The notes: generated from the letters alone by a model not told the origin. A DNA stretch of 64,000 bases from Limnobacter sp. (GCA_029866125.1 JARWZZ010000007.1:341519-405518), one strand, 5' to 3'. Shown: positions 27,636 through 37,659, counted from the first letter of the stretch. Numbers and translations: made by a program.

Positions 27636-28049
27636 ATGACTGCACTTCAAGCCGTATTGGGTTTTGCCGGATGGACTTTGCTTTTGGTTGCTGGTGTTTT
27701 TGCTTACCGGGGTTTGCGTTTTGCAACCGGAACGCCGATTAACAGCTGGGCCCGTGGCAACAAGGCCACACAAGACGCGCCTTTCATTCAACGGTTGGAA
27801 GATGCCCATGCCAACTGCCTAGAAAACCTACCCGTGTTTGCCGTCATTGTGTTGGCTGCCGCCGCCATGGGCAAGTTGGACGTGATTACACCGTTTGCAG
27901 CTTGGGTTTTGTACGCGCGGGTGGGCCAGTCATTGGCACATTTGTCAGGTTCAGGCCAAATCAACGTTTTTGCACGCGCCAATTTTTGGGCTATTCAAAT
28001 TGGTTTGATGTTCTGGATGTTTTATCAGTTGTTGTGTGTGGCTGTGTAA
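27636..28049 (+). CDS. MAPEG family protein
   Basis: AHANCLENLPVFA, Y.ARV..S.AH. Confidence 0.88.
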   Translation: MTALQAVLGFAGWTLLLVAGVFAYRGLRFATGTPINSWARGNKATQDAPFIQRLEDAHANCLENLPVFAVIVLAAAAMGKLDVITPFAAWVLYARVGQSLAHLSGSGQINVFARANFWAIQIGLMFWMFYQLLCVAV

Positions 28050-28079
28050 TATTGAGTAAAGCACTAAAAGGCCAACACC

Positions 28080-28721
28080 ATGGTTGCAAACGCCCCCTAT
28101 AGCCTTCCTGAAGAAATTGCCAACGCAATCAGCCACGGCATCGGCACCATTGCGGCAATAGTCGCCATGGTGCTGCTTTTGGTGAAAGCCAGCCCAGTGC
28201 TGGATGCGCCCAAGCTGGCGGGCGTTGCAATTTACGGCCTTAGCCTCATCCTGCTGTTTTTGTGCTCAACCCTTTACCATTCCATCACGCATGTGGGGGC
28301 TAAAGCCTTGTTCAAGCGGCTGGACCATTGCGCAATTTATTTATTAATTGCCGGGTCTTACACGCCCATGTTGATGATTACGCTTAATACCACATCGGCA
28401 CAGGTGATGTTGTGGGTCATTTGGGCGCTTGCGTTTGCGGGTATTGTATTCAAGATTTTCTTCATTCACCGTTTCAAGCGTTTGTCCCTTGTAACCTATT
28501 TGTTGATGGGGTGGTTGTCGCTGGTATTGATCAAAGACCTGTGGGATGCACTTGAGCGAGCCGGATTCTGGTTGATGCTTGCCGGGGGTTTGTGCTTCAC
28601 AGTGGGTGCCGCTTTTTATGCGGCCAAGCAAGTGAAATACACCCACGCCATTTGGCATGTGTTTGTGGCCGCCGGTGCAGCTTGCCATGCAGTGGTGATT
28701 GGGGTTTACGTCATTCCCTAG
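28080..28721 (+). CDS. Hemolysin III / PAQR family membrane protein
   Basis: EEIANAISHG, STLYH, DHCAIYLLIAGSYTP, HAIWHVFV. Confidence 0.93.
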   Translation: MVANAPYSLPEEIANAISHGIGTIAAIVAMVLLLVKASPVLDAPKLAGVAIYGLSLILLFLCSTLYHSITHVGAKALFKRLDHCAIYLLIAGSYTPMLMITLNTTSAQVMLWVIWALAFAGIVFKIFFIHRFKRLSLVTYLLMGWLSLVLIKDLWDALERAGFWLMLAGGLCFTVGAAFYAAKQVKYTHAIWHVFVAAGAACHAVVIGVYVIP

Positions 28722-28755
28722 CCATTGGGTTGGGGTCCTTTTTTCGCAATTTTTC

Positions 28756-28784
28756 TTGATTTAGCCCCTGTGCCTACCTATAAT
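28756..28784 (+). promoter_or_regulatory. Sigma70 promoter TTGATT-17-TATAAT
   Basis: -35 at 28756-28761 and -10 at 28779-28784, just upstream of the riboswitch. Confidence 0.7.
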
Positions 28785-28789
28785 AGGGA

Positions 28790-28945
28790 TACTCATTGGG
28801 GAGTAGCTTCTTTACCCGGCTTTAAAACTTGGTAAAGGCTTACGTCAACACACTTAGCCGGCGCATCAAAATAAGGCGTCAACACAACGGCTATGGCGTA
28901 AGCGGTTTATGACATGTTCATCAACTTGGCAAGACCTTTGACTAC
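28790..28945 (+). ncRNA. yybP-ykoY Mn2+ riboswitch
   Basis: GGGGAGTAGC ... CGTCAACAC ... GGCAAGACC conserved strands, upstream of a UPF0016 Mn exporter. Confidence 0.85.
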
Positions 28946-29013
28946 ATCGTTTCCAGTTTGGCCTGGAGGATCGGTGTGGTCATTTGGTTTTTCCAGGCCC
29001 AGGAACTTTTTAG

Positions 29014-29595
29014 ATGTCATCCGCACTTCTCGTCTCCACCGGCGTTATCTCGCTGGCTGAAATTGGAGACAAAACTCAACTCCTTGCATTCCTTCTCGCT
29101 ACACGGTTCAAAAAACCTGTTCCAATTATCATTGGTATTACGCTGGCTACCCTGATTAATCATGGATTGGCGGGTGTACTCGGCGCTTGGATAACTGCCA
29201 ATATCAGTCCAGAAACCCTGCGCTGGGTACTTGGAATATCCTTCTTGGCCATGGCTGCATGGACCTTAATACCCGACAAAATTGAAAACGAAGAAACCCA
29301 ATTGGCAACCAAGCTGGGTGTATTTGGCGCTACTTTTGTGACCTTCTTTTTGGCAGAAATGGGTGACAAAACACAAATCGCAACCGTGGCAATGTCTGCC
29401 CACTATGCGGATGTGGTGATGGTGGTTGCAGGTACCACCTTGGGCATGCTGATTGCCGATGTGCCTGCCGTTTTTGCGGGTGACAAACTCTCTCAAAAAA
29501 TACCGATGAAGCTGGTGCACAGCATTGCTGCTGGCATGTTTGCGTTGCTGGGCTTGGCCACCTTGTTGGGGCTGGGTTCTAACTTTGGATTTTAA
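29014..29595 (+). CDS. TMEM165/GDT1 (UPF0016) Mn2+/Ca2+ exporter
   Basis: Two E(I/M)GDKTQ motifs. Confidence 0.95.
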   Translation: MSSALLVSTGVISLAEIGDKTQLLAFLLATRFKKPVPIIIGITLATLINHGLAGVLGAWITANISPETLRWVLGISFLAMAAWTLIPDKIENEETQLATKLGVFGATFVTFFLAEMGDKTQIATVAMSAHYADVVMVVAGTTLGMLIADVPAVFAGDKLSQKIPMKLVHSIAAGMFALLGLATLLGLGSNFGF

Positions 29596-29612
29596 GAGCA
29601 GGAGTTTGAATC

Positions 29613-30608
29613 ATGAAATCATGTCGTTTGTGTAATCAGTCATTCATTTCCAACTGGTCTTCCAAAGATGCAAAATCGGGTGAGTCTTTGCAAATGGCCT
29701 TGTGCGGAGCTTGCGGTTTGGTGCAACAAACCCAGTTACCCACCGATGAAGAGCTACGAATTTACTACTCCCATCACTACAGGGAGGATTACAAAGCCAC
29801 ACACAAGCCCAAGTTGAAGTATGTTGCTCGTGCAGGCAATGCAGCAAAAGACAGGCTTGCATTCATTGAACGTGCAGGCATTCAATCCGCAGGTAGGCAG
29901 TTGTTGGATATAGGTGCTGGCGGAGGGGAATTTTGTTACCTTGCTTCACGGGCTGGGTTTGAGGTAGGTGGGATCGAGCCTCATCAAGGGTATTCTGAGT
30001 TTGCCCGTGACGAGTATGGTGTGGATATACAAACTTGCGGTATTGCTGACCTTCAAGCGCGGCAAGCCGATGTGGTGACCTTGTTTCATGTGATTGAACA
30101 CATGGCCCGCCCCACGGAAGCGGTTCGTAAAATTTGGTCGGTATTGGTGGAAGATGGCCATTTGGTGATTGAAGTCCCCAATATCCATCAAGCCGATGCA
30201 AGCCCCCATAATATTTATTTCAAAGCCCATTTGTTTTATTACTCGCGTTTCAGCCTCATGGCTGCAGTCAGTCAATTTTTTGAGCTGATCTGTGTGGAAG
30301 ATGAAGGCAATTTGTTTATGGCTTTCAGAAAGCGGGCTCAACCCTTGAGTCAGATGATCTTGCCTACCCAAGCCCAAATAAAAATGACTGCTGACCGATT
30401 GTCTAGAAAAGGCTGGGTGGAGTACTTGACCGTGGGTGGTGGCCTGAAAAAACCTTTCAAACGCCTAACAAAAATTGGGCAAGAGTTGTTGATTGGAAGG
30501 GCGAGGCCGCGCGTGGTGCTCGACCAGGTTTGGGAATCAAGCAGGAACTACAAACCAGCTTACCTTATGCTGGTTGTTGGGCTTGGATACTTTGCTTGGA
30601 CTTGGTAA
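29613..30608 (+). CDS. Class I SAM-dependent methyltransferase with N-terminal Cys (Zn-ribbon-like) motif
   Basis: CxxC...CxxC, LLDIGAGGG, GIEP, FHVIEH. Confidence 0.85.
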   Translation: MKSCRLCNQSFISNWSSKDAKSGESLQMALCGACGLVQQTQLPTDEELRIYYSHHYREDYKATHKPKLKYVARAGNAAKDRLAFIERAGIQSAGRQLLDIGAGGGEFCYLASRAGFEVGGIEPHQGYSEFARDEYGVDIQTCGIADLQARQADVVTLFHVIEHMARPTEAVRKIWSVLVEDGHLVIEVPNIHQADASPHNIYFKAHLFYYSRFSLMAAVSQFFELICVEDEGNLFMAFRKRAQPLSQMILPTQAQIKMTADRLSRKGWVEYLTVGGGLKKPFKRLTKIGQELLIGRARPRVVLDQVWESSRNYKPAYLMLVVGLGYFAWTW

Positions 30609-30629
30609 CAAAACTTGTTTTGAGTTTTC

Positions 30630-31535
30630 TCATTCCTCTTCAAAGGACTCGTATTCACCTGACAAAAAATCAATGAAGGCTCGAACTGCTGGCCGCATTC
30701 CTCTTTTGGACGGAAATACCATGTGGATGATTTCCCGCCGAAGTGACCAGTCTGGGAGCAGTCGTACCAACTCACCACTTGCCAGTTGTTTGGGAACCAT
30801 CAGGTGCGGTAATTGCACCACTCCTAAACCTGCAATCGCAGAGGTTCTTAATGCAACCATATCTGTGGTAGAGAACCTGGGTGAGTAAGGCACGACTGCT
30901 CGTTCGCCGCTGAGGTGGGTTAAGCACCATTCGAAGGTGTTTTGCGCCTGGCCGATGCCCAAGCTTGGCCAGGTTTTCAAGTCATTTGGATGGGACGGAT
31001 TTCCAAGTTTTGCAATCAATGAAGGAGATGCGAACAGGCCGAGTCCGCGGTCTGACAATATCTTCAAAATTAAATCGCTGGCCTCGAGTGGGTAGGGGCG
31101 AACCCGGATTGCCAGGTCAATCCCTTCTGCCACCACATCGACCCTGCGGTTGCTTGCCTCCAAGTCAATAGAAACATGCGCGTATTTCAGCATGAATCTA
31201 GAAATCATTCCCCCGATGTGTGCGTACAAGAGTGCCGTGGGGCAGGTCACTCGAATCAGCCCTCGGGGTTCAGCGTGGTTGTGTTCAATCAGTTCCTGTG
31301 CGTTCTCAGCCTCGATCAGCATTGATTTGCAGTGTTGCAGGTAGGCTTTGCCTATTTCAGTGACATGAAGTTTACGGGTAGACCTGTAAAGCAACTGGGT
31401 ATTAAGACGTTCTTCCAGTGTTGAAATTCGACGGCTCAGCGTGGATTTTGGGATACCCAGTGCCCTTGCTGCTGCCGAAAAGCCTTGGTGTTCTACAACC
31501 TTGGCAAAGTAGTACAAGTCATTGAGATCGATCAT
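30630..31535 (-). CDS. LysR-family regulator
   Basis: DLNDLYYFAKVVE..GFSAAAR.LG.PKS.LSRRI. Confidence 0.95.
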   Translation of the reverse strand: MIDLNDLYYFAKVVEHQGFSAAARALGIPKSTLSRRISTLEERLNTQLLYRSTRKLHVTEIGKAYLQHCKSMLIEAENAQELIEHNHAEPRGLIRVTCPTALLYAHIGGMISRFMLKYAHVSIDLEASNRRVDVVAEGIDLAIRVRPYPLEASDLILKILSDRGLGLFASPSLIAKLGNPSHPNDLKTWPSLGIGQAQNTFEWCLTHLSGERAVVPYSPRFSTTDMVALRTSAIAGLGVVQLPHLMVPKQLASGELVRLLPDWSLRREIIHMVFPSKRGMRPAVRAFIDFLSGEYESFEEE

Positions 31536-31560
31536 TTTTCGCAGTTAAGGTTCGTCTATT

Positions 31561-31576
31561 GTTCCGTAAATGGAAC
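31561..31576. promoter_or_regulatory. Palindrome GTTCC-N6-GGAAC, likely LysR site
   Basis: GTTCCGTAAATGGAAC between divergent lysR and ycaC. Confidence 0.5.
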
Positions 31577-31666
31577 AAACAGTTGTCCCAGACGCATATT
31601 ATCAAGAAACTTTGCTCCATGTAATATTCGCTTGCCTTAAAAACTCGAATCCCACAGGAGATCTAC

Positions 31667-32287
31667 ATGAAAAAGCCTTACATCCGCCTCGACAAAAATG
31701 ATGCTGCTGTTTTACTGGTGGACCACCAAGCCGGATTGCTTTCTTTGGTGCGCGACATTGAGCCTGATCGTTTTAAAAACAACGTGTTGGCTCTCGCAGA
31801 CCTTGCCAAATACTTCAAGCTACCTACCATTCTGACCACCAGTTTTGAAACAGGGCCCAACGGTCCACTGGTACCTGAGTTGAAAGATATTTTCCCTGAT
31901 GCACCTTACATCGCTCGTCCAGGTCAAATCAATGCATGGGATAACGAAGACTTCTTGAAAGCTGTTCAAGCGACTGGTAAAAAGCAATTGATTATTGCCG
32001 GTGTAGTGACTGAGGTGTGTGTGGCCTTTCCCGCACTTTCTGCACTGGAAGAGGGTTACGACGTTTTTGTAGTTACAGATGCTTCCGGCACATTCAATGC
32101 GCTGACGCGGGACTCCGCTTGGCAACGGATGTCAGATGCTGGGGCTCAATTGATGACCTGGTTCGGTGTGGCTTGTGAGTTGCATCGCGACTGGAGAAAT
32201 GACATTGAGGGACTAGGTGCGCTATTTTCCAACCATATTCCCGACTACAGGAACCTGATTACCAGTTATACATCCCAGACCAAGTAA
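31667..32287 (+). CDS. ycaC: Isochorismatase-family hydrolase YcaC
   Basis: AVLLVDHQAGL, GPNGPL.PEL, TEVCVAFPALSA. Confidence 0.92.
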   Translation: MKKPYIRLDKNDAAVLLVDHQAGLLSLVRDIEPDRFKNNVLALADLAKYFKLPTILTTSFETGPNGPLVPELKDIFPDAPYIARPGQINAWDNEDFLKAVQATGKKQLIIAGVVTEVCVAFPALSALEEGYDVFVVTDASGTFNALTRDSAWQRMSDAGAQLMTWFGVACELHRDWRNDIEGLGALFSNHIPDYRNLITSYTSQTK

Positions 32288-32323
32288 ATTCATCACTCAA
32301 GGCAAGGTGCATGTCACTCAGGT

Positions 32324-32968
32324 TCAGGAGGTGAGCCTCAACACCAAGCCCTCCAGCAGCAGCACATTCACATCAACCAAGTCGTCGATGGGGGTGGAAA
32401 AGTCTGACACGATCCATGCCATGGTCAGTTGGCTGACGGCCCCCACAATGCCAACAGTGAGCAGGTTTTCCTGTGTTTCGCTGAGGGCAAGGTGGGGGTA
32501 CAAGCCTTTAATCATCAGTAGCAACATTTGTCCGTATTCGCGAATTGTTCCCAAATAGGCCTGATTGACTCGGTCACTCACGCCCAGTACTTCAAACCAC
32601 AATGTTTTGGCCACAATGGGGTTTTGCACCTCGGTGAAAAAACGGTGAAGGGCGGGTCGCGCAACTTGGCTTACGGTCATGCCGGGCGTGATGTTGTTCA
32701 TCGATTCAAATATAGCGGCCACCATGCGCTGGGTTTCACGCTCGTACACTTGAATCAGCACATCCTCAACCGACTCGAAAGACTCATAGAAATACCGGTC
32801 GGTCAGTTTGGCATGTCTGCACAAACCCCTGACTGAAGTGCTTTTGAAGCCTATGGTGCCAAACAGCTCAAGCCCTGTGTCTAGGAATTGTTCCCTTCGG
32901 CGTTGAACGCGGTCCTCGGTGCTTTCGCCACCATACACGCGGCTATTGGGTTTGGGGTTTAAGGTCAT
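32324..32968 (-). CDS. TetR-family regulator
   Basis: RRVYGG-type N-terminus, GLELFGT.GF..TSVR.LC..A.LT.RYFYESF. Confidence 0.92.
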   Translation of the reverse strand: MTLNPKPNSRVYGGESTEDRVQRRREQFLDTGLELFGTIGFKSTSVRGLCRHAKLTDRYFYESFESVEDVLIQVYERETQRMVAAIFESMNNITPGMTVSQVARPALHRFFTEVQNPIVAKTLWFEVLGVSDRVNQAYLGTIREYGQMLLLMIKGLYPHLALSETQENLLTVGIVGAVSQLTMAWIVSDFSTPIDDLVDVNVLLLEGLVLRLTS

Positions 32969-32977
32969 GGTTTAAAT

Positions 32978-33058
32978 TTGACTACATTCCTCGTCAGATG
33001 TAAAGAAGCATTAGAGTTTTTCTACGACGATATGAATTGACTACATTTGTCGTCACAT
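32978..33058. promoter_or_regulatory. Two copies of TTGACTACATT..TCGTCA.AT (TGAC-N10-GTCA), likely TetR operators
   Basis: Copies at 32978-32999 and 33037-33058 in the divergent tetR/lipase intergenic region. Confidence 0.65.
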
Positions 33059-33104
33059 ATATTTTGGGCGGATTGGTATTCAAGTTTGCGCAGGAACACT
33101 CAAC

Positions 33105-34040
33105 ATGAAAAAAACAATTGCGTATCTCGCTTTGGCAGGTGTGACGGGTTTGGCATTGGCCAATGCAGCCACCTACCCAGCTGTGGGCGAAAAAACACTT
33201 CAGGTGGGTGGGCAAATTGAAGCGCGTGTACACGGTTTGACCGAGAAATCAGTGTTGGCGGGTGGCATAAGTCACCGCATTTATGAAGGTGGCGATGCGC
33301 AAAAGCCTACGCTGGTTTTGTTGCACGGTTACAGCGCCGACAAGGATGTGTGGCCACGGTTTGCCGCGCATTTGGTGAAGGATTTCCACATTGTTATTCC
33401 AGACATGGCTGGCCATGGCGAGACTGGTTTTCACAAGGACTGGACTTACGACATACCCAGCCAAGCCGCACGGATCGTGGCTCTGATGGATGAAATGGGT
33501 GTGGACAAATTCCACGTGGCGGGCAATTCGATGGGCGGTTTTATCACCGCCACCTTGGCTGCAAATTATCCTGGCAGGGTGATGAGTGCAACGGCCATAG
33601 ACCCCGCAGGTGTGATGCCGCCCGTGGCCAGTAAAATGGACAAAATGATTGCTGCTGGGCAGAACCCTTTTGAAGTGCAGGATCGCGCCCAGTTTGATGC
33701 TTTCTACGCCATGACGATGGCCAAGCCGCCTTACATGCCCAAGTTTGTGCTGGATGGGCTTGCAAAAACCTACCAGGACCGACGCGAGGAGTTGGCGGTG
33801 ATCTACCAAGGATTCCATCGCAAAGACATGTTGGATAACAGGTTGGCTGACATCAAAGTACCCTTTTTCCTCATTTGGGGTAAAAAAGACGAGTTGCTGG
33901 ACGTGAGTTCAGTATCTGTTTGGCAGGCGGGTGTGCCTGGCATTAAGGTGCATGTATTTGAAGAGTTGGGACACATGCCCATGGTTGAAGCCCCCAAGGC
34001 CACGGCTGATGTGGTCGGTGGTTTTTTGAAATCGATTTAA
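33105..34040 (+). CDS. Secreted alpha/beta hydrolase (lipase/esterase)
   Basis: Signal peptide; LLHGY, GNSMGG nucleophile elbow, GHMPMVE. Confidence 0.92.
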   Translation: MKKTIAYLALAGVTGLALANAATYPAVGEKTLQVGGQIEARVHGLTEKSVLAGGISHRIYEGGDAQKPTLVLLHGYSADKDVWPRFAAHLVKDFHIVIPDMAGHGETGFHKDWTYDIPSQAARIVALMDEMGVDKFHVAGNSMGGFITATLAANYPGRVMSATAIDPAGVMPPVASKMDKMIAAGQNPFEVQDRAQFDAFYAMTMAKPPYMPKFVLDGLAKTYQDRREELAVIYQGFHRKDMLDNRLADIKVPFFLIWGKKDELLDVSSVSVWQAGVPGIKVHVFEELGHMPMVEAPKATADVVGGFLKSI

Positions 34041-34117
34041 ACCAATGAGTGTAAACAGCGTGGTGGACAGGCTTAGGTTATCCACGCTGTTTAATGAAAC
34101 ACGCTCTGTTTTCGTTT

Positions 34118-34435
34118 TCACGGATTTTTAAGGCGTATGTCGTTTTTAACGGCAGAAACGCCACCAATGCTGCGTGCTAACACTTCGGCTTGGGTCATTT
34201 CAGCCACTGAGTTTACAAACCCGCTCAGTTGTACTGTTCCCTTGTAGGTTTCCACATTGATTTCGGTCGATTTGAGTGTGGGGTCATTGACGATTGCTGA
34301 CTTTAATTTGGTGGTGATCACCGAGTCATCAATGTATTCGCCCGTGCTGGGTGTGCCTGGCTTTGAATCGCATGCAACGGCTAGGAATAGGGCAAGTACT
34401 GCCAAAGTCTTGCCCAGTCTGTAATTCATTCGCAT
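34118..34435 (-). CDS. BON-domain lipoprotein (OsmY-like)
   Basis: Lipobox AVAC; GEYIDDSVITTK.K, INVETYKGTVQLSGFV. Confidence 0.92.
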   Translation of the reverse strand: MRMNYRLGKTLAVLALFLAVACDSKPGTPSTGEYIDDSVITTKLKSAIVNDPTLKSTEINVETYKGTVQLSGFVNSVAEMTQAEVLARSIGGVSAVKNDIRLKNP

Positions 34436-34491
34436 AGTGGTTACCTCCAAATTGATGGTGCCTTACACTATCGATACCTTTGAAGGTGGTC

Positions 34492-34507
34492 TGTTCGGTG
34501 TCGCACA
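34492..34507. promoter_or_regulatory. TGTTCG-N4-CGCACA, candidate Crp/Fnr-family activator site for the BON gene
   Basis: Near-palindrome; its centre lies ~41.5 nt upstream of the TSS implied by a minus-strand TAGTGT -10 at 34470-34465. Confidence 0.4.
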
Positions 34508-34749
34508 TTACTACTACTCAATCGACACTACATACTTTCTTTAATCACGCGTTCATTAAGGGCTTGAAGGGGTCGGGCATTGCCTTTGAATAGATTCCTG
34601 AACGCTTTAATTTGACTGCCACTCAATGTAATGGGTTTCTTCACCACCATGAAGCCATTTGCCATGGGGAGACTGTGGTGTTAGGTTAAGCGCTATTTTT
34701 GCCTTCGTCAGATTCCCTGGACGCAACGATGTCGATTGAGAGGTAGGTA

Positions 34750-35193
34750 ATGGGTTTGTGGTTTTTGTCGCTTATTCAAATGTTGGTTTCGGCGTATTTT
34801 TCGGCTGTGCCGGAAATGACGACCCGACAACTTTCCCCGTCGATGGTGTTGGTGGATGTGCGCAGCCCAGAGGAATTTGCTGTCAGCCATATTCAGGGTG
34901 CGGTCAACCTGCAAAGTGTGGAGGATGTGCTTCATCTAAGCCGCAAACACCCCAATCAACACATTGTTATTTACTGTTCAGTGGGTGTGCGCAGTGGCAT
35001 TGTGGCGCGTGACGTGTTGAAGCAAATCAAGACCGACTCGCCCATGGGCAAAATTTACAACCTTCAAGGCGGAATTTTCCGATGGGCCATTGAGGGCAAA
35101 GCCTTGGTCAATCAGCAGGGCAGCGTTGCGGTGGTACACGGTTTTGGCTGGCCGTGGAAGTACCTTTTACCTGCCGAAATAAGGGGTCAATGA
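34750..35193 (+). CDS. Rhodanese-like domain protein
   Basis: VDVRSPEEFAVSHIQGAVN, IYCSVGVRS, YNLQGGIF.W. Confidence 0.9.
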   Translation: MGLWFLSLIQMLVSAYFSAVPEMTTRQLSPSMVLVDVRSPEEFAVSHIQGAVNLQSVEDVLHLSRKHPNQHIVIYCSVGVRSGIVARDVLKQIKTDSPMGKIYNLQGGIFRWAIEGKALVNQQGSVAVVHGFGWPWKYLLPAEIRGQ

Positions 35194-35339
35194 GTAAGGT
35201 ATTAAAAAGCGAAAAATCATGCACTCAGTGGCCAGATTTCACCTGATTAAAATAGTTGAGCAGTGCAGTAATAGTTACTGCAGTTTGTGTTAGCTTATTG
35301 CTTGCAATAACTAAAAATCAGTGTCGAGGAGAGAGACGA

Positions 35340-36827
35340 ATGAGTTGCTACATGTCTACCAAGGAAATCGCGGCCTATGGACCTTACAAACTTGAAAATG
35401 ACGGACTAACCCCCAAACAACGCGCGCGCAAACGGATGGAGGCGCAAGGCTTGATGACCAAGGGCCAGCATTTGGGCCACCGCTGGGCCATTGGTTGCGT
35501 TTCCTTAGAAATTACCCAGCGCTGCAATTTGGACTGCACATTGTGTTACCTGTCTGAAAGTGCAGAAGCAGTCAAAGACATTCCCATCGACGAAGTGTTC
35601 CGTCGCATTGACGAAATTCGTGCCATGTACGGCCCCAATACGGACATTCAAATCAGTGGCGGTGACCCCACTTTGCGCCAGCGTGATGAGCTGATGGCCA
35701 TCGTGCGTAAAGTACGTGATTCCGGCATGCGCCCATCCTTGTTTACCAATGGCATCAAGGCCAGCCGCGACATGCTGGAAGAATTGGTCGAAAACGGTTT
35801 GGTGGATGTGGCCTTCCATGTGGATTTGACCCAAGAGCGCAAGGGCTACACCACCGAGGTGGAGTTAAACGAGGTGCGCCAAGAGTACATCGAACGCGCC
35901 CGCGGTTTGCCTTTGTCCATCTTTTTCAACACCACGGTGTACGACGGTAACTTCCATGAAATACCGAAGATTGTTGATTTCATGGTGAAGAACAGCGACA
36001 TTGTGCGACTCGCTTCCTTCCAGCTGCAGGCGGACACTGGCCGTGGCGTGTTGACTGAGCGTGATTTCATGATCAGCCAAACCACAGTGGCTGACCAAAT
36101 TCGCAAGGGTGCGGGTTGTAATATCAATTTTGATTCCATGGACATTGGCCACTCCAAGTGCAACAAGTACGCCATGACTTTGGTGGCTGACAACAAAGTA
36201 CATGATGTGTTTTACAACACTGAATATGTGCAAGATGTACTGGCCACTATGGGCAGCGACATTGTGTTTGACCGCCAAAACAAGCGTCAGGTGGTTGAGC
36301 AAATGGCCAATTGGGTCATCAAAAACCCCAAGTTGTTGCCAAAAAGCTTGGGTTGGTTGAAAGACAAAACCAAGGACATGGCAATGGATATTTTCCGTGC
36401 CAAAGGCAAGGTCAATAAGTTGTCTTTCTTCATCCACAACTTTATGGATGCCTGCCATCTGGAAAAAGACCGCATCGACTCTTGCGTGTTTATGGTGGCT
36501 ACAGCTGAAGGCCCAATCAGCATGTGTTTGAACAATGCCAAGCGCGATGACTTTTTGCTCAAGCCGATTGCCATGCCGCAAGCCGAAGGTGTGATCAAAT
36601 TCTGGAACCCCATCACTGGCAAACTACAAGACAACAAGCCCGAGCGCCTTGTGGTGGAGCACACTCGCAAAACTGCGCGCGGGCGTACCAAAGAGAAAAT
36701 GGACGCCGAACGTTTGGCAGCCAAAGCAAACTTTGGTAGAACCGAGAGTGATGTGCTGCAAGATGATGTTTCAGTGAATGAGATTGCAATGAATGAGGCG
36801 GTGGCAAAGCAAACTGTAGAGAGCTGA
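35340..36827 (+). CDS. Radical SAM protein, Tes/MJ0619-like family
   Basis: CNLDCTLC (CxxxCxxC), QISGGDPT, FTNGI; C-terminal FMD..L..DR..SC.F...G..SMC..N block; ATG at 35340 after GAGGAG. Confidence 0.85.
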   Translation: MSCYMSTKEIAAYGPYKLENDGLTPKQRARKRMEAQGLMTKGQHLGHRWAIGCVSLEITQRCNLDCTLCYLSESAEAVKDIPIDEVFRRIDEIRAMYGPNTDIQISGGDPTLRQRDELMAIVRKVRDSGMRPSLFTNGIKASRDMLEELVENGLVDVAFHVDLTQERKGYTTEVELNEVRQEYIERARGLPLSIFFNTTVYDGNFHEIPKIVDFMVKNSDIVRLASFQLQADTGRGVLTERDFMISQTTVADQIRKGAGCNINFDSMDIGHSKCNKYAMTLVADNKVHDVFYNTEYVQDVLATMGSDIVFDRQNKRQVVEQMANWVIKNPKLLPKSLGWLKDKTKDMAMDIFRAKGKVNKLSFFIHNFMDACHLEKDRIDSCVFMVATAEGPISMCLNNAKRDDFLLKPIAMPQAEGVIKFWNPITGKLQDNKPERLVVEHTRKTARGRTKEKMDAERLAAKANFGRTESDVLQDDVSVNEIAMNEAVAKQTVES

Positions 36828-36828
36828 T

Positions 36829-37659
36829 ATGAATACACCCAGCAAATTCCAAGTCAGCCCCGAGGGCAACACACTGAGTCGGTGGATACGTTTGGCACTG
36901 ACTTTGTTATTGCCCAGTTTGGGTTTGCTGGGTTGTTCAACTTTGATTGCACCGCCTCAATCTGCGGAAAGCGCTGCTTCGTATCAACAGGCCATGGCCA
37001 CGTTTGATGCCGTGTTGAAGAAGCATGTGGATGCGCAGGGCAGGGTTAACTTTGTTGCAATTGCTCAAGCACCTCAGGCCTTGGAGTCGGTGGTGCGTTT
37101 CATCGCCAATGAGTCACCTGCCAATCGGCCTGCAGTGTACGACACACCGCAGAAAGTATTGGCCTACCACATCAATGCCTACAACGCCTTGGCCATGTAT
37201 GCAGTGGTTAAAGAGGGTATTCCTCAAGCACTCAAAGGCTTTACGTTTTTCCGCTTTTTCTTGTTCAACCGCGTGGTTGTGGGTGGCGAGTCCATGTCGC
37301 TATATTCCTATGAGAATAAGATAATCCGAAAACTGGGCGACCCCCGCATTCACTTTGCCTTAAATTGCATGAGTGTGGGCTGCCCCCAATTGCCGCAAGA
37401 TATTTTTGAACCGACCAAGTTGAATCAACAACTGGATGCGGAGGCTCGCGAATTTTTTGCGGACCCACGGCAACTTGTTGTGAAAGACAATGTGGTCATG
37501 GTGTCCGAAATTCTGAAGTTTTTCACTGAGGATTTTTTGGCTGCTGCGCCATCCCTTCAGGCTTACATCAACAAGTACGCACCCACCCCCGTACCGATGG
37601 ACAGCAAAATTGAATTCATCAAGTACGATTGGACGGTAAACCGCTGGCCAAATACTTAG
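36829..37659 (+). CDS. DUF547 domain lipoprotein
   Basis: LAYHINAYNA, DPRIHFALNCMSVGCP, YDWTVN; lipobox LLGC. Confidence 0.92.
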   Translation: MNTPSKFQVSPEGNTLSRWIRLALTLLLPSLGLLGCSTLIAPPQSAESAASYQQAMATFDAVLKKHVDAQGRVNFVAIAQAPQALESVVRFIANESPANRPAVYDTPQKVLAYHINAYNALAMYAVVKEGIPQALKGFTFFRFFLFNRVVVGGESMSLYSYENKIIRKLGDPRIHFALNCMSVGCPQLPQDIFEPTKLNQQLDAEAREFFADPRQLVVKDNVVMVSEILKFFTEDFLAAAPSLQAYINKYAPTPVPMDSKIEFIKYDWTVNRWPNT

